Origin: an uncultured Candidatus Saccharibacteria bacterium
Lineage (GTDB): Bacteria; Patescibacteriota; Minisyncoccia; Phycocordibacterales; UBA9973
Assembly (NCBI GenBank): GCA_964474435.1
Contig: CAYYSI010000002.1
Location: 163,604-227,603 of the forward strand
Reading direction: 5' to 3'
DNA length: 64,000 bases
Notes under the pieces: generated by a model
The model's input: only the letters and a program-made list of their open reading frames with translations
Told to the model about the DNA's origin: nothing
The model's database searches: none
In this document: positions 18,030-26,094 of the stretch, one piece after another
Layout: each line of letters begins with the position of its first letter
Numbering within the stretch: position 1 is the first letter of the stretch
Position numbers and translations under genes: made by a program

Positions 18030-18069
18030 TCTCCACACATTAATCCTTCCATAAAATGGGAGGATTTTT

Positions 18070-18522
18070 TTATTTCTTCTCTTCAAGCATCTTTATAATC
18101 TTGTCGAGTTTGTCTTGTTCAATAGAATCGAGGCGGGACATGAGTTGTTCGATTTCTTCTTTGGCGGCGAGGTTTGTCTCGTAGTCATTTTGTGCCTGTT
18201 CACGATCACGCAGGCTTGCACGGTTTTGGCTCATCATGATGATTGGTGCGGCATACGCAGCTTGTGTTGAAAAGACGAGGTTGAGCAAGATAAATGGAAA
18301 CGGATCCCAGTGATGCACATAGGCCACCATGTTCAATGCCATCCATATGACCACAAATACGGTCTGCGTAATAATGAAGCCCCATGAGCCCATGCCATTT
18401 GCGATCGAGTCTGCCATCCGCTGTCCAAAGGTTCGTTCGCTAAGAAGTTTTTCATTGAGGTTTCGTACCTGGCGAATCTTGCGCTCTGCCTTTGTCCGCA
18501 TGTCTTTCGTTGTTTGTTCCAT
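18070..18522 (-). CDS. DUF1003 family membrane protein.
   Basis: 150 aa. SWGFIITQTVFVVIWMALN ... DPFPFILLNLVFSTQAAYAAPIIMMSQNRASLRDREQAQNDYETNL matches the conserved DUF1003 block (DPYPFILLNL..S..AA..AP.ILMSQNRQ..RD). Confidence 0.6.
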   Translation of the reverse strand: MEQTTKDMRTKAERKIRQVRNLNEKLLSERTFGQRMADSIANGMGSWGFIITQTVFVVIWMALNMVAYVHHWDPFPFILLNLVFSTQAAYAAPIIMMSQNRASLRDREQAQNDYETNLAAKEEIEQLMSRLDSIEQDKLDKIIKMLEEKK

Positions 18523-18547
18523 ATAGGTACTATGATACTGCTATACT

Positions 18548-19279
18548 GTGGGAATGAAAAGCCAAAAAGATCATATAGCGTTGTATACAGATGGGGCTTC
18601 CCGTGGCAATCCAGGCCCAGGCGGTTGGGCAGCGATTGTGATAGGTGATGAAAAGGTGATTGAGCTTGCAGGAGCAAAGAAGCCCGCGACGAACAACCAA
18701 ATGGAACTCCAAGCAGTGATCGCAGGGCTTGCGTATGCGCAGAAACATTTCCCTGATGGGGCAGTTGAGCTCCATGCAGACTCGCGCTATGTGCTTAATG
18801 GTATTGAGAAATGGCTTGATGGATGGGTCCGGAAAGGGTGGATGACAATGGTCAAGAAGCCGGTGGAAAATAGAGATCAATGGGAAGAGCTCCTTGCACT
18901 CCGTGATCACTTTGGCAAAAATCTGAAACTCACCAAAGTCGACGGACACAGTGGACATCTCTACAACGACCGATGTGACGAGCTTGCAGTTACGGCTGCA
19001 CTTGGCAAAAAGGTAGATCTCTTTGAAGGGAGCACAAAGGCATACGACACCTATCTCGCCGACAATCCTCCAACCTCTGAGAAAAAATCTCCCTCAAAAG
19101 CAAAGACAGGACCAGCCTACTCGTACGTGTCACTTGTCGATGGCAAGGTGTACGCCGACAAAGATTGGGCAGCGTGTGAGAAGCGCGTCAAAGGAAAAAA
19201 CGCCAAGTTCAAAAAAGTATTTTCAAAAGCAGAAGAGACTGATTTGATACAGGATTATACATTGGCGAGTTTGATGTAG
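18548..19279 (+). CDS. rnhA: Ribonuclease HI with a C-terminal hybrid-binding (dsRHbd / Cauli_VI-like) domain.
   Basis: 243 aa. The RNase H core has TDGASRGNPGPGGWAA, ...NNQMELQAV... and DGHSGHLYNDRCDELA. The C-terminal ~60 aa, YSYVSLVDGKVYADKDWAACEKRVKGKNAKFKKVFSKAEE, matches the pattern YAV..G...GIY..W.EC...V.G.....YKKF of RNase H1 hybrid-binding domains. Confidence 0.75.
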   Translation: MGMKSQKDHIALYTDGASRGNPGPGGWAAIVIGDEKVIELAGAKKPATNNQMELQAVIAGLAYAQKHFPDGAVELHADSRYVLNGIEKWLDGWVRKGWMTMVKKPVENRDQWEELLALRDHFGKNLKLTKVDGHSGHLYNDRCDELAVTAALGKKVDLFEGSTKAYDTYLADNPPTSEKKSPSKAKTGPAYSYVSLVDGKVYADKDWAACEKRVKGKNAKFKKVFSKAEETDLIQDYTLASLM

Positions 19280-19329
19280 ATTCTTGACTTAGCGCTATTT
19301 CTAAGTAGGATTGTCAAAAACTACAACAT

Positions 19330-19944
19330 ATGAAGCCTGACAATCAAAATGCTGACGCACTTCAGTTTATAGAGGTAATAGCTTCTATAGCTAAAAAGTT
19401 ACCGCCTTCAGAGGTTGCATATTGGGGACGTTCGGAAACTCACTTACTCAATCGGCTGAAGAGAAGGCCAACAGAATTTTTACAAGAACTTGAATCTGAA
19501 AGAGGATGTATTCCACAACAAGGTCAAGCAATAACTGATGAAATTTTGGAATCTGCACCATTTCGTCGAAAAGTTTCTATATCCGATAGAAGTCAATTGA
19601 GGGATATTTATAAAGGAACTGTTCAAACAGAAGTAATGCCATATTTAGCAGTTTGCAGAATGTCCCTTGAAGAAATTTTGGGAATTATTGATGATGATGG
19701 AATGTTTTGTACATTAACTCTTCAGCAAATTCGATACCTGGCGACGAAGCAAAATCAAAGAGGAAGAAAAGGAATACTTTCATTTGAAGGATTTAATTAC
19801 TTCTTGATAAGAACTAATAGAAATCGGATGACCTTAGGATCTTTGTTTTGGATAAAAAATGACGATTTTCCTTATGCAAGAAACAAATGGGACTTTGGTT
19901 TATCAGAGAACGTAATTAGTGGAAGATTATTGTTACCTATCTAA
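19330..19944 (+). CDS. Hypothetical protein.
   Basis: 204-aa ORF in an AT-rich stretch, followed by a strong terminator. No family recognised. Confidence 0.35.
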   Translation: MKPDNQNADALQFIEVIASIAKKLPPSEVAYWGRSETHLLNRLKRRPTEFLQELESERGCIPQQGQAITDEILESAPFRRKVSISDRSQLRDIYKGTVQTEVMPYLAVCRMSLEEILGIIDDDGMFCTLTLQQIRYLATKQNQRGRKGILSFEGFNYFLIRTNRNRMTLGSLFWIKNDDFPYARNKWDFGLSENVISGRLLLPI

Positions 19945-19949
19945 AAGTA

Positions 19950-19985
19950 TTAATACCGACATTGGTCGGTATTTTTTGTTGTAAA
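19950..19985 (+). terminator. Intrinsic terminator.
   Basis: aataccgac-attg-gtcggtatt followed by TTTTTGTT. Confidence 0.6.
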
Positions 19986-20026
19986 TTGTTTAGAGAAAAT
20001 TTAATCTTCATCAGTATCATATCTGC

Positions 20027-21481
20027 ATGATTGAACTTGTTGCGCTCATGCTGACTATTGGTGCGCTGTTGTATCACAGCTTTCACACAGGGATCGAGAT
20101 GGTGAGCTATATTGGAGTACTTGTTGCGATATGTATCGGTATCTTTTTCCGATCAGGTCGAGGGTTGGCGTTCGGAGTAATACTTAGTGGGACACTGATA
20201 CTCGGAGCACTTGCAGTCTGGCGGATCGATGTACGGACTCCGCCTGACATATTTGGGAACCGTGCATTTGATGCGACAGTGGTGTCAGTTGATCGCAGGC
20301 TTGATAAAACAAACCTGGTTGTGCGCGACTCTGTGTATGATGAGCGGCTGCAGGCAAGTGTGGTGGGGGATATTGAATTGCTGCCCGGAGACCGGATCAC
20401 CGTACGAGGCAGTGTCGAAGCGCCAGAGGACTTTGTGACAAACTCAGGGCGCATCTTTGGATACCAAGCATACCTGTCGAGCAAGGGGATTGTGGGACTT
20501 GTGAAGAATCCGACGGTTGTACTTGTGAAAGAAGGGCACATATCGCTGTCGCGTGTTGCGACGATCATCAGGTACAAAGTTGCTGATATTTTTGCGGAGC
20601 ATATCTCATTTCCGGTGGACGGCGTGATCGGTGGCATGGTTGTTGGGTACCAAGGTGGACTCCCGCAATCAATCCAAGATCTCTTTCGTGACACCGGCGT
20701 GCTCCATGTCCTCGTGCTCTCCGGCTACAACATCACGCTCCTGGCGGGATTCCTCGCGCTCATATTGAAGTCTCTGCCGTTTCGTCTCCGCACTGCCATC
20801 ACTGCAATCGCCATCATCATGATCGTGCTCGTCAGTGGGGCCGGCGTTGCATCGGTGCGAGCAGGAATCATGGGATCGATAGCCCTTGTTGCAGGGCTGT
20901 CGATCAGGACGTATCAGCCCATGCGGGCATTGTTTGTGTCGTACATAGTATTCTTTTTCATTTCGCCGCACACGATATTTGCTGATCCTGGATTTCATCT
21001 GTCATTTCTCGCAACGCTGTTTATGATTGCCGTGCTGCCCAAAGTTGAACAACTGTTTCACTTCATTCCACAAACCAAACACGTCGATCTGCGCGAGCTC
21101 ATCATGCTTGCAGTATCGGCCCCGATATTTATGTTGCCGTACACGATGTATTTCTCGGGCAACTTTCCACTCGCGTCCCCGTTTGCCAACATGCTGCTCG
21201 CCATCGTCACACCGATCATTATGATTGCGGGGATTATTGTCATTGCACTATCATGGATCACACCACTTGCCGCATTGTTCGGAATGATTATTTCAGTTGC
21301 AGGAAAGGCGGTGCTCTGGTGTCTCGTGCAGTTTGCCAAGCTCCCCATATGGAACACACCACCAATTGCGTGGTGGTGTGTAGTTGGTATCTATGGAGTG
21401 ATTCTTGTCGCGTTATTTAAAAACAATATCGTTACTTATTTTTCGCATCGTCATAGAGTGCTTCGACGGCGGACCAGTTGA
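20027..21481 (+). CDS. comEC: ComEC/Rec2 DNA-uptake channel (DUF4131 plus Competence domain). It lacks the C-terminal metallo-beta-lactamase domain.
   Basis: 484 aa and polytopic. GVLHVLVLSGYNITLLAGF matches the ComEC competence-domain signature (..LLVISGLHI..). An N-terminal OB-like region is present. Confidence 0.7.
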   Translation: MIELVALMLTIGALLYHSFHTGIEMVSYIGVLVAICIGIFFRSGRGLAFGVILSGTLILGALAVWRIDVRTPPDIFGNRAFDATVVSVDRRLDKTNLVVRDSVYDERLQASVVGDIELLPGDRITVRGSVEAPEDFVTNSGRIFGYQAYLSSKGIVGLVKNPTVVLVKEGHISLSRVATIIRYKVADIFAEHISFPVDGVIGGMVVGYQGGLPQSIQDLFRDTGVLHVLVLSGYNITLLAGFLALILKSLPFRLRTAITAIAIIMIVLVSGAGVASVRAGIMGSIALVAGLSIRTYQPMRALFVSYIVFFFISPHTIFADPGFHLSFLATLFMIAVLPKVEQLFHFIPQTKHVDLRELIMLAVSAPIFMLPYTMYFSGNFPLASPFANMLLAIVTPIIMIAGIIVIALSWITPLAALFGMIISVAGKAVLWCLVQFAKLPIWNTPPIAWWCVVGIYGVILVALFKNNIVTYFSHRHRVLRRRTS

Positions 21482-22034
21482 TAGATGCAAAGAAATCCTC
21501 GACGTACTGTTTCTTGCCGCTTGGCTGATAGTCGGCGACGTATGCGTGCTCCCACATATCAAGCGCGATGATGATACTGCAGTCCGCAAGCTGCCCGAGG
21601 TGTTGCTCGTCTATCCATGCAGGGAGGAGCATGTCAGACTTCTTGTCATAGCAGAGCATTGCCCAGCCGATGCCGCGGGTCATGGCAGTCATTTTCATGC
21701 GAGTGACAAAGATGTCGATTGTGTCCCATTGCTTGATGATTTTTTTATATAAATCAGACTCAGGATTGGGAGCAGTCGCGCCATCTGCAAGGAGTGCAAA
21801 GTACACTTCGTGGTTGCGCATGCCACCCCATTCAAATGAAAATCTGCGCTGCAGCTCACCGAGCTCATAGGTGTATTTCTCAATATTCTCGGCGTCTTTA
21901 GTGAATTCTCGTGCGTGATCAGCAATAAGGTTTGCGTGCTTCACATATCCCACATAGAGCTTCTTGTGTTCGTCATGCGTCGTTTGGGTAATTTTGCCAA
22001 AAGGTTGGGGTGAAAGGGTTTGTTCTGTAAACAT
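21432..22034 (-). CDS. Fe/Mn superoxide dismutase.
   Basis: The start was re-chosen at MFTEQTL within ORF 21432-22154. Motifs HDEHKKLYVGYV, WGGMRNHEVYF, GIGWAMLCYD and LDMWEHAYVADYQ are classic Fe/Mn-SOD ligand and signature regions. Confidence 0.8.
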   Translation of the reverse strand: MFTEQTLSPQPFGKITQTTHDEHKKLYVGYVKHANLIADHAREFTKDAENIEKYTYELGELQRRFSFEWGGMRNHEVYFALLADGATAPNPESDLYKKIIKQWDTIDIFVTRMKMTAMTRGIGWAMLCYDKKSDMLLPAWIDEQHLGQLADCSIIIALDMWEHAYVADYQPSGKKQYVEDFFASINWSAVEALYDDAKNK

Positions 22035-22122
22035 ATAGGGAGTATATAGGAATTGGGGAGGGTTGGGTATATGCAGTTTGACTTTCTGATGGAAATAAGG
22101 AGAATGGGTAAAAACTATTAAT

Positions 22123-22434
22123 ATGAAAAATAATGACAATGAACCCTTTTTCATTGACGAAAAAGGAAGAATTATTTTTAAAATAACTAAAACAATTAAG
22201 AAAAAGATTACAGTATCTGAAGATGAAATGAAGACACTTTTGATACAGCGTCACATTATCAGCAATAGCAGAGACCCTCTTTTTTCTAAAAGAATAAAAA
22301 AATCAGGAGCGAAATCTTTAGCCGAATATGCTAAAAAACTAGAAAGTAGCCCATCTGTTATTGAGTATGCCAAAAAAATGGCAGCAAAAATAAATGCTTT
22401 AAATCTAATTGTTCATCAAAGAGTTGTTATATAG
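22123..22434 (+). CDS. Small Lys-rich hypothetical protein.
   Basis: 103-aa ORF, very AT-rich. No family recognised. Confidence 0.25.
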   Translation: MKNNDNEPFFIDEKGRIIFKITKTIKKKITVSEDEMKTLLIQRHIISNSRDPLFSKRIKKSGAKSLAEYAKKLESSPSVIEYAKKMAAKINALNLIVHQRVVI

Positions 22435-22515
22435 ACAACTTTTTTTATTTGTCCAATATAATAATATTCAAAACAACTTTAAATAATATTTAACCATCCA
22501 CGCTACAATACCTCC

Positions 22516-23376
22516 ATGAACAGAAAAACCGCAACGCTTGCGATCATGCTGACAATCATCCTCGTGCTTGGTATTGCGGCGGCGGTGCTTCAGCCGAGTG
22601 CTGTGGTGGGCAAGGGAAGTGTTGCGATGCTCGATATTGGCCAGGGTGATAGCTTCCTCATTCAGTCAGCGAGTGGCACGCAGCTCCTCATTGATGGTGG
22701 CAAAGATTCAAAGGTGTTGAGCGAGCTCAGCAAGGCAATGCCGACCGGCGACCATACGATTGATGTTGTTATTGCCACGCACCCAGATGCAGATCACATT
22801 GGAGGACTACCATTGGTCCTTGAGCGATATAGTGTCGGACTCTTCCTCACCTCAGAGGTTACGAGTGACAGTCAGGTATTCCGAGATCTCAATGGATTGA
22901 TTCATGAAAAAAATATTCCTGCATATTATGCGCGAGGTGGCATGACACTTGCACTTGATGATGAGACTTCGTTCAAAGTCCTCTTTCCCGATCGTGACAC
23001 CACTGGCTGGGAAACCAACACTGCATCGGTTGTGGGACGACTCGATATGAGCGGTCGCAGCATGTTGCTCAATGGAGACTCACCGATATCTATCGAACAA
23101 TACCTCGTACAACACGCGCCGCGCGACATCGATGTCGATATTTTGAAACTAGGGCATCATGGTTCCAAGACTTCGAGTAGTGCTGAATTCCTCAAGGCAA
23201 CAAGTCCAGCACTCGCGCTGATCTCTGCGGGTGTGAACAATCGTTACGGCCATCCTGCACCCATTGTCCTCGATCGCCTCAAGGAGCTCCATATCCCTTG
23301 GGTCTCGACGCAGCAACACGGACTGGTGACATTCACGACCGATGGTACCAAGTGGGTGGAGAAGGATGAGAAATAG
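22516..23376 (+). CDS. Membrane-anchored metallo-beta-lactamase-fold protein, equivalent to the ComEC C-terminal nuclease domain but encoded as a separate gene.
   Basis: 286 aa with an N-terminal TM helix. Motifs AMLDIGQGDSFLIQ, IATHPDADHIGG and KLGHHGSKTSS fit the MBL HxHxDH pattern as found in ComEC. Confidence 0.7.
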   Translation: MNRKTATLAIMLTIILVLGIAAAVLQPSAVVGKGSVAMLDIGQGDSFLIQSASGTQLLIDGGKDSKVLSELSKAMPTGDHTIDVVIATHPDADHIGGLPLVLERYSVGLFLTSEVTSDSQVFRDLNGLIHEKNIPAYYARGGMTLALDDETSFKVLFPDRDTTGWETNTASVVGRLDMSGRSMLLNGDSPISIEQYLVQHAPRDIDVDILKLGHHGSKTSSSAEFLKATSPALALISAGVNNRYGHPAPIVLDRLKELHIPWVSTQQHGLVTFTTDGTKWVEKDEK

Positions 23377-23391
23377 GATATACTCATATAT

Positions 23392-23949
23392 ATGAAATCT
23401 CTCTACACGCTCGCACTTGCATGTTTGGTTGTTGGGGGAGGGTTGTTTGGGGTAGCAATCGCGCACGAGACGGTCAAAGGGGGAACGGCGACGATGTTTG
23501 TCCATATCGATCCAACAGAGCCTGCAGTTGTTGGAATACCTGCAACACTTTTTATAAATCTGACCAATACTGAAAAAGGATTTTTGATTGGAAATTGTAA
23601 CTGCACACTCACGATCAAACACGACAAAAAGATTCTTCTCGCAGTACCGCTTGTTGCTTCCGTTGATCCCGACACATTTGGCATCGAAGGGGTGCCTGTG
23701 ACGTTTATGACAAGTGGCGACTATGACATTACGGTGCATGGTGAACCAGCAACCCCAGGGCTCTTTGCACCATTTGATGTCGACTACGATACAGATGTTT
23801 TGGCAGTAGGGATGAGCGGCACTTCGAGTGAGCACACACATCACAGCCCACTCCTTCATGATCTTCATCTCCTCGTCCTCTTTGGCGGCATCGGCGCATC
23901 AACTGTTGTCATTTATCGAGAGCGAAAGGAATTGTTTGGGAAGAAATAA
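23392..23949 (+). CDS. Hypothetical secreted protein with a C-terminal membrane anchor.
   Basis: 185 aa. A signal-like N-terminus, a beta-rich middle region and a C-terminal hydrophobic helix (LLVLFGGIGASTVVIY). Confidence 0.4.
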   Translation: MKSLYTLALACLVVGGGLFGVAIAHETVKGGTATMFVHIDPTEPAVVGIPATLFINLTNTEKGFLIGNCNCTLTIKHDKKILLAVPLVASVDPDTFGIEGVPVTFMTSGDYDITVHGEPATPGLFAPFDVDYDTDVLAVGMSGTSSEHTHHSPLLHDLHLLVLFGGIGASTVVIYRERKELFGKK

Positions 23950-24069
23950 AAAAGCCGCCCTCAAACCAAAAACAAAAGGACGGCTTTACCTGCATCTATG
24001 AGTAATAAAAAGTGGAATTAAAGGTGCTGTATTACAGTGTAGTATATGCCGCCTATAATCTCTGTCAAA

Positions 24070-24092
24070 CAAAAAAGCCCCCGAAGGGGATT
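24070..24092 (-). terminator. Intrinsic terminator for rpmB (bidirectional hairpin).
   Basis: On the minus strand it reads ATCCCCTTCGGGGGCTTTTTT. Confidence 0.5.
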
Positions 24093-24097
24093 TTGTA

Positions 24098-24346
24098 TTA
24101 TTTCAAAACACCAGCTTTCTTGAGTGATGCGTAGGCACCGTTTTTGGTGATTGTGCGGAGACCTTTGGCTGAAACAGTGATGATGACGTTTTTGCCGATT
24201 TCAGGGACGTAGATGCGCTTCTTTTGGAGGTTGGCATACTTGCGAGAAGGGGTGATAGGGTTGAATTTGGTCGCACGAACCTTGGTCGAGTATCCACCCG
24301 CCATCTGTGAGGTCTTTTTAGTTATTGCGCATTCTTTTGCCATAGT
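24098..24346 (-). CDS. rpmB: 50S ribosomal protein L28.
   Basis: The start was re-chosen at MAKECAITKKTSQMAGGYS. ...ITVSAKGLRTITKNG matches the L28 pattern (LRVSAKGMRVIDKKG). Confidence 0.8.
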   Translation of the reverse strand, partial: TMAKECAITKKTSQMAGGYSTKVRATKFNPITPSRKYANLQKKRIYVPEIGKNVIITVSAKGLRTITKNGAYASLKKAGVLK

Positions 24347-24376
24347 GATTGCCATGGTACCATAGAGGGTATTGCT

Positions 24377-25000
24377 ATGCAAGGACCGATTTCTATTTTT
24401 TATTTCCTCATATTAATGATTTCTATCATTGTGCACGAGGTTGCACACGGGCTCATGGCAGAGAGAGAAGGCGACCCAACGGCCCGCATGCTCGGACGCA
24501 TCACACTTAACCCACTCAAGCACATCGACTGGCTCGGGTCAGTCATTTTGCCACTGACACTCATACTCTCTAATGCTGGATTTGTCGTCGGCTGGGCAAA
24601 GCCAGTGCCGTACAATCCCGAAAATCTGAAAAATGGCAACAAATCGGTCGCCAAGGTCTCGATCGCAGGGATCGTCGTGAACCTCTGCATTGCCGTCGTG
24701 TTTGGGATAATGATCCGCATTTCCATCCTCACGGGCCTTATTTCTACGGCATTTATTGATATCGCAAGTATTATTGTGCTCGTAAATATTGTACTCGCAC
24801 TCTTCAATGCCATTCCACTCGCACCACTTGACGGCTTCCGCTTCCTCAATGCAGTGCTCCCAGCGAGATTTACTCCAGCAATGCGAGCAATCGAGCAATA
24901 TAGCCTGCCACTCCTCCTTGTCTTCATCGTCTTTGGCTGGAAATTCGTCGCTCCATTTGCCTTTACGCTCTTTAGTTTGATTACGGGGATTTCTATATAA
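24377..25000 (+). CDS. Site-2 protease family (M50-like) intramembrane zinc metalloprotease.
   Basis: 207 aa and polytopic. HEVAHGLMA (HExxH) and NPLKHIDWLGS with LAPLDG are typical of small M50B/SpoIVFB-like proteases. Confidence 0.6.
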   Translation: MQGPISIFYFLILMISIIVHEVAHGLMAEREGDPTARMLGRITLNPLKHIDWLGSVILPLTLILSNAGFVVGWAKPVPYNPENLKNGNKSVAKVSIAGIVVNLCIAVVFGIMIRISILTGLISTAFIDIASIIVLVNIVLALFNAIPLAPLDGFRFLNAVLPARFTPAMRAIEQYSLPLLLVFIVFGWKFVAPFAFTLFSLITGISI

Positions 25001-25047
25001 TCGGCCTACTTGATTAATTTTGACCACTATAGTAGGATATGCTCCAC

Positions 25048-25470
25048 ATGGCTACTATTAACCAGCTTATAAAGAAACCTCGCAAGAGTACTGCTCGCAA
25101 ATCAAAGGCGGTCACTCTCTCTCGAGGATTTAATGCGATTCACAATCGTCCTGTTCTCTACGCGTCTCCGTTCAAGCGTGGTGTGTGCGTCAAAGTTTCA
25201 ACAACAACTCCAAAGAAACCTAACTCAGCTATCCGAAAAATCGCTCGTGTTCGCCTTACCAACGGTGATACTGTGACTGCATACATCCCAGGTGAAGGCC
25301 ACAACCTCCAGGAACACTCAGTGGTTATGCTTCGCGGAGGCCGTGTGAAGGACTTGATCGGAGTCCGATACCACATCGTGCGCGGTGTGCTCGATACTCA
25401 GGGTATCGACAAGCGACGCAAGTCTCGCTCTATGTACGGAACCAAGCGCCCTAAGGTAGCTAAGAAATAA
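25048..25470 (+). CDS. rpsL: 30S ribosomal protein S12.
   Basis: [13 protein letters not shown]... [19 protein letters not shown] ... [11 protein letters not shown]. Start chosen at the conserved MATINQL. Confidence 0.9.
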   Translation: MATINQLIKKPRKSTARKSKAVTLSRGFNAIHNRPVLYASPFKRGVCVKVSTTTPKKPNSAIRKIARVRLTNGDTVTAYIPGEGHNLQEHSVVMLRGGRVKDLIGVRYHIVRGVLDTQGIDKRRKSRSMYGTKRPKVAKK

Positions 25471-25475
25471 ATTTT

Positions 25476-25946
25476 ATGCGAAGAAAAGTAACAAATCGAA
25501 ATATCGTAAAGCCTGACATCAAGTTTGATAGCACAACACTTGAAAAGTTCATTAACTCCATCATGATGGATGGCAAAAAGAACACGGCTCGTACTGTGGT
25601 CTATGGCGCACTCGACATCATCAAGGAAAAAGAAAGCGTTGAAAACCCGCTCGATACCTTTAATGAAGCACTCAAGAATGCAGGACCACTCGTGGAAGTT
25701 CGTTCACGACGTATTGGTGGAGCAAACTACCAGGTGCCACGAGAAGTTCGTGCTGAACGCCGCACTGCGCTCGCAATGCGATGGATCATCGAAGCAACTC
25801 GCGGACGCAAAGGAGTAAAGACCGCTGTTGCACTCGCCGAAGAATTGATGCTCGCAGCAAAGGGAGAAGGAAATGCCGTCAAGAAAAAGAAGGATACGCA
25901 CAAAATGGCAGAATCCAACAAAGCATTTGCCCACTTTGCTTGGTAA
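25476..25946 (+). CDS. rpsG: 30S ribosomal protein S7.
   Basis: 156 aa. KFINSIMMDGKKNTAR ... RRIGGANYQVP. Confidence 0.9.
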   Translation: MRRKVTNRNIVKPDIKFDSTTLEKFINSIMMDGKKNTARTVVYGALDIIKEKESVENPLDTFNEALKNAGPLVEVRSRRIGGANYQVPREVRAERRTALAMRWIIEATRGRKGVKTAVALAEELMLAAKGEGNAVKKKKDTHKMAESNKAFAHFAW

Positions 25947-26094
25947 ACCGACTCATATACAAACACGAAGTTCCCAAGAGGGGATTTTTTGTTGCAAAAA
26001 GGGAGGTTGTGCCGTATAGTTGTGGACACAAGTGTGACCTCGGAAGTCCCTTTTTATTTTAGTATCTAACCCTTTATTACAGAAGAATTATTAT

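Noticed and set aside
16140-18060. Prophage or integrative element in the AT-rich islet
   Set aside because: No integrase, recombinase, phage structural genes, att-like direct repeats or flanking tRNA detected. Treated only as compositionally atypical cargo.
23149-23868. 239-aa minus-strand ORF
   Set aside because: Antisense to the MBL-fold gene and the 23392-23949 gene. Cys/His/Arg/Trp-rich with no recognisable domain.
24400-25027. Two long minus-strand ORFs (175 and 162 aa) over the M50 protease gene
   Set aside because: Antisense to a gene with a clear HExxH metalloprotease motif. Compositionally biased.
24961-25047. Candidate rpsL promoter
   Set aside because: Several TTGA.. and TATA.. 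hexamers are present, but none has acceptable 16-18 nt spacing. Left uncalled.
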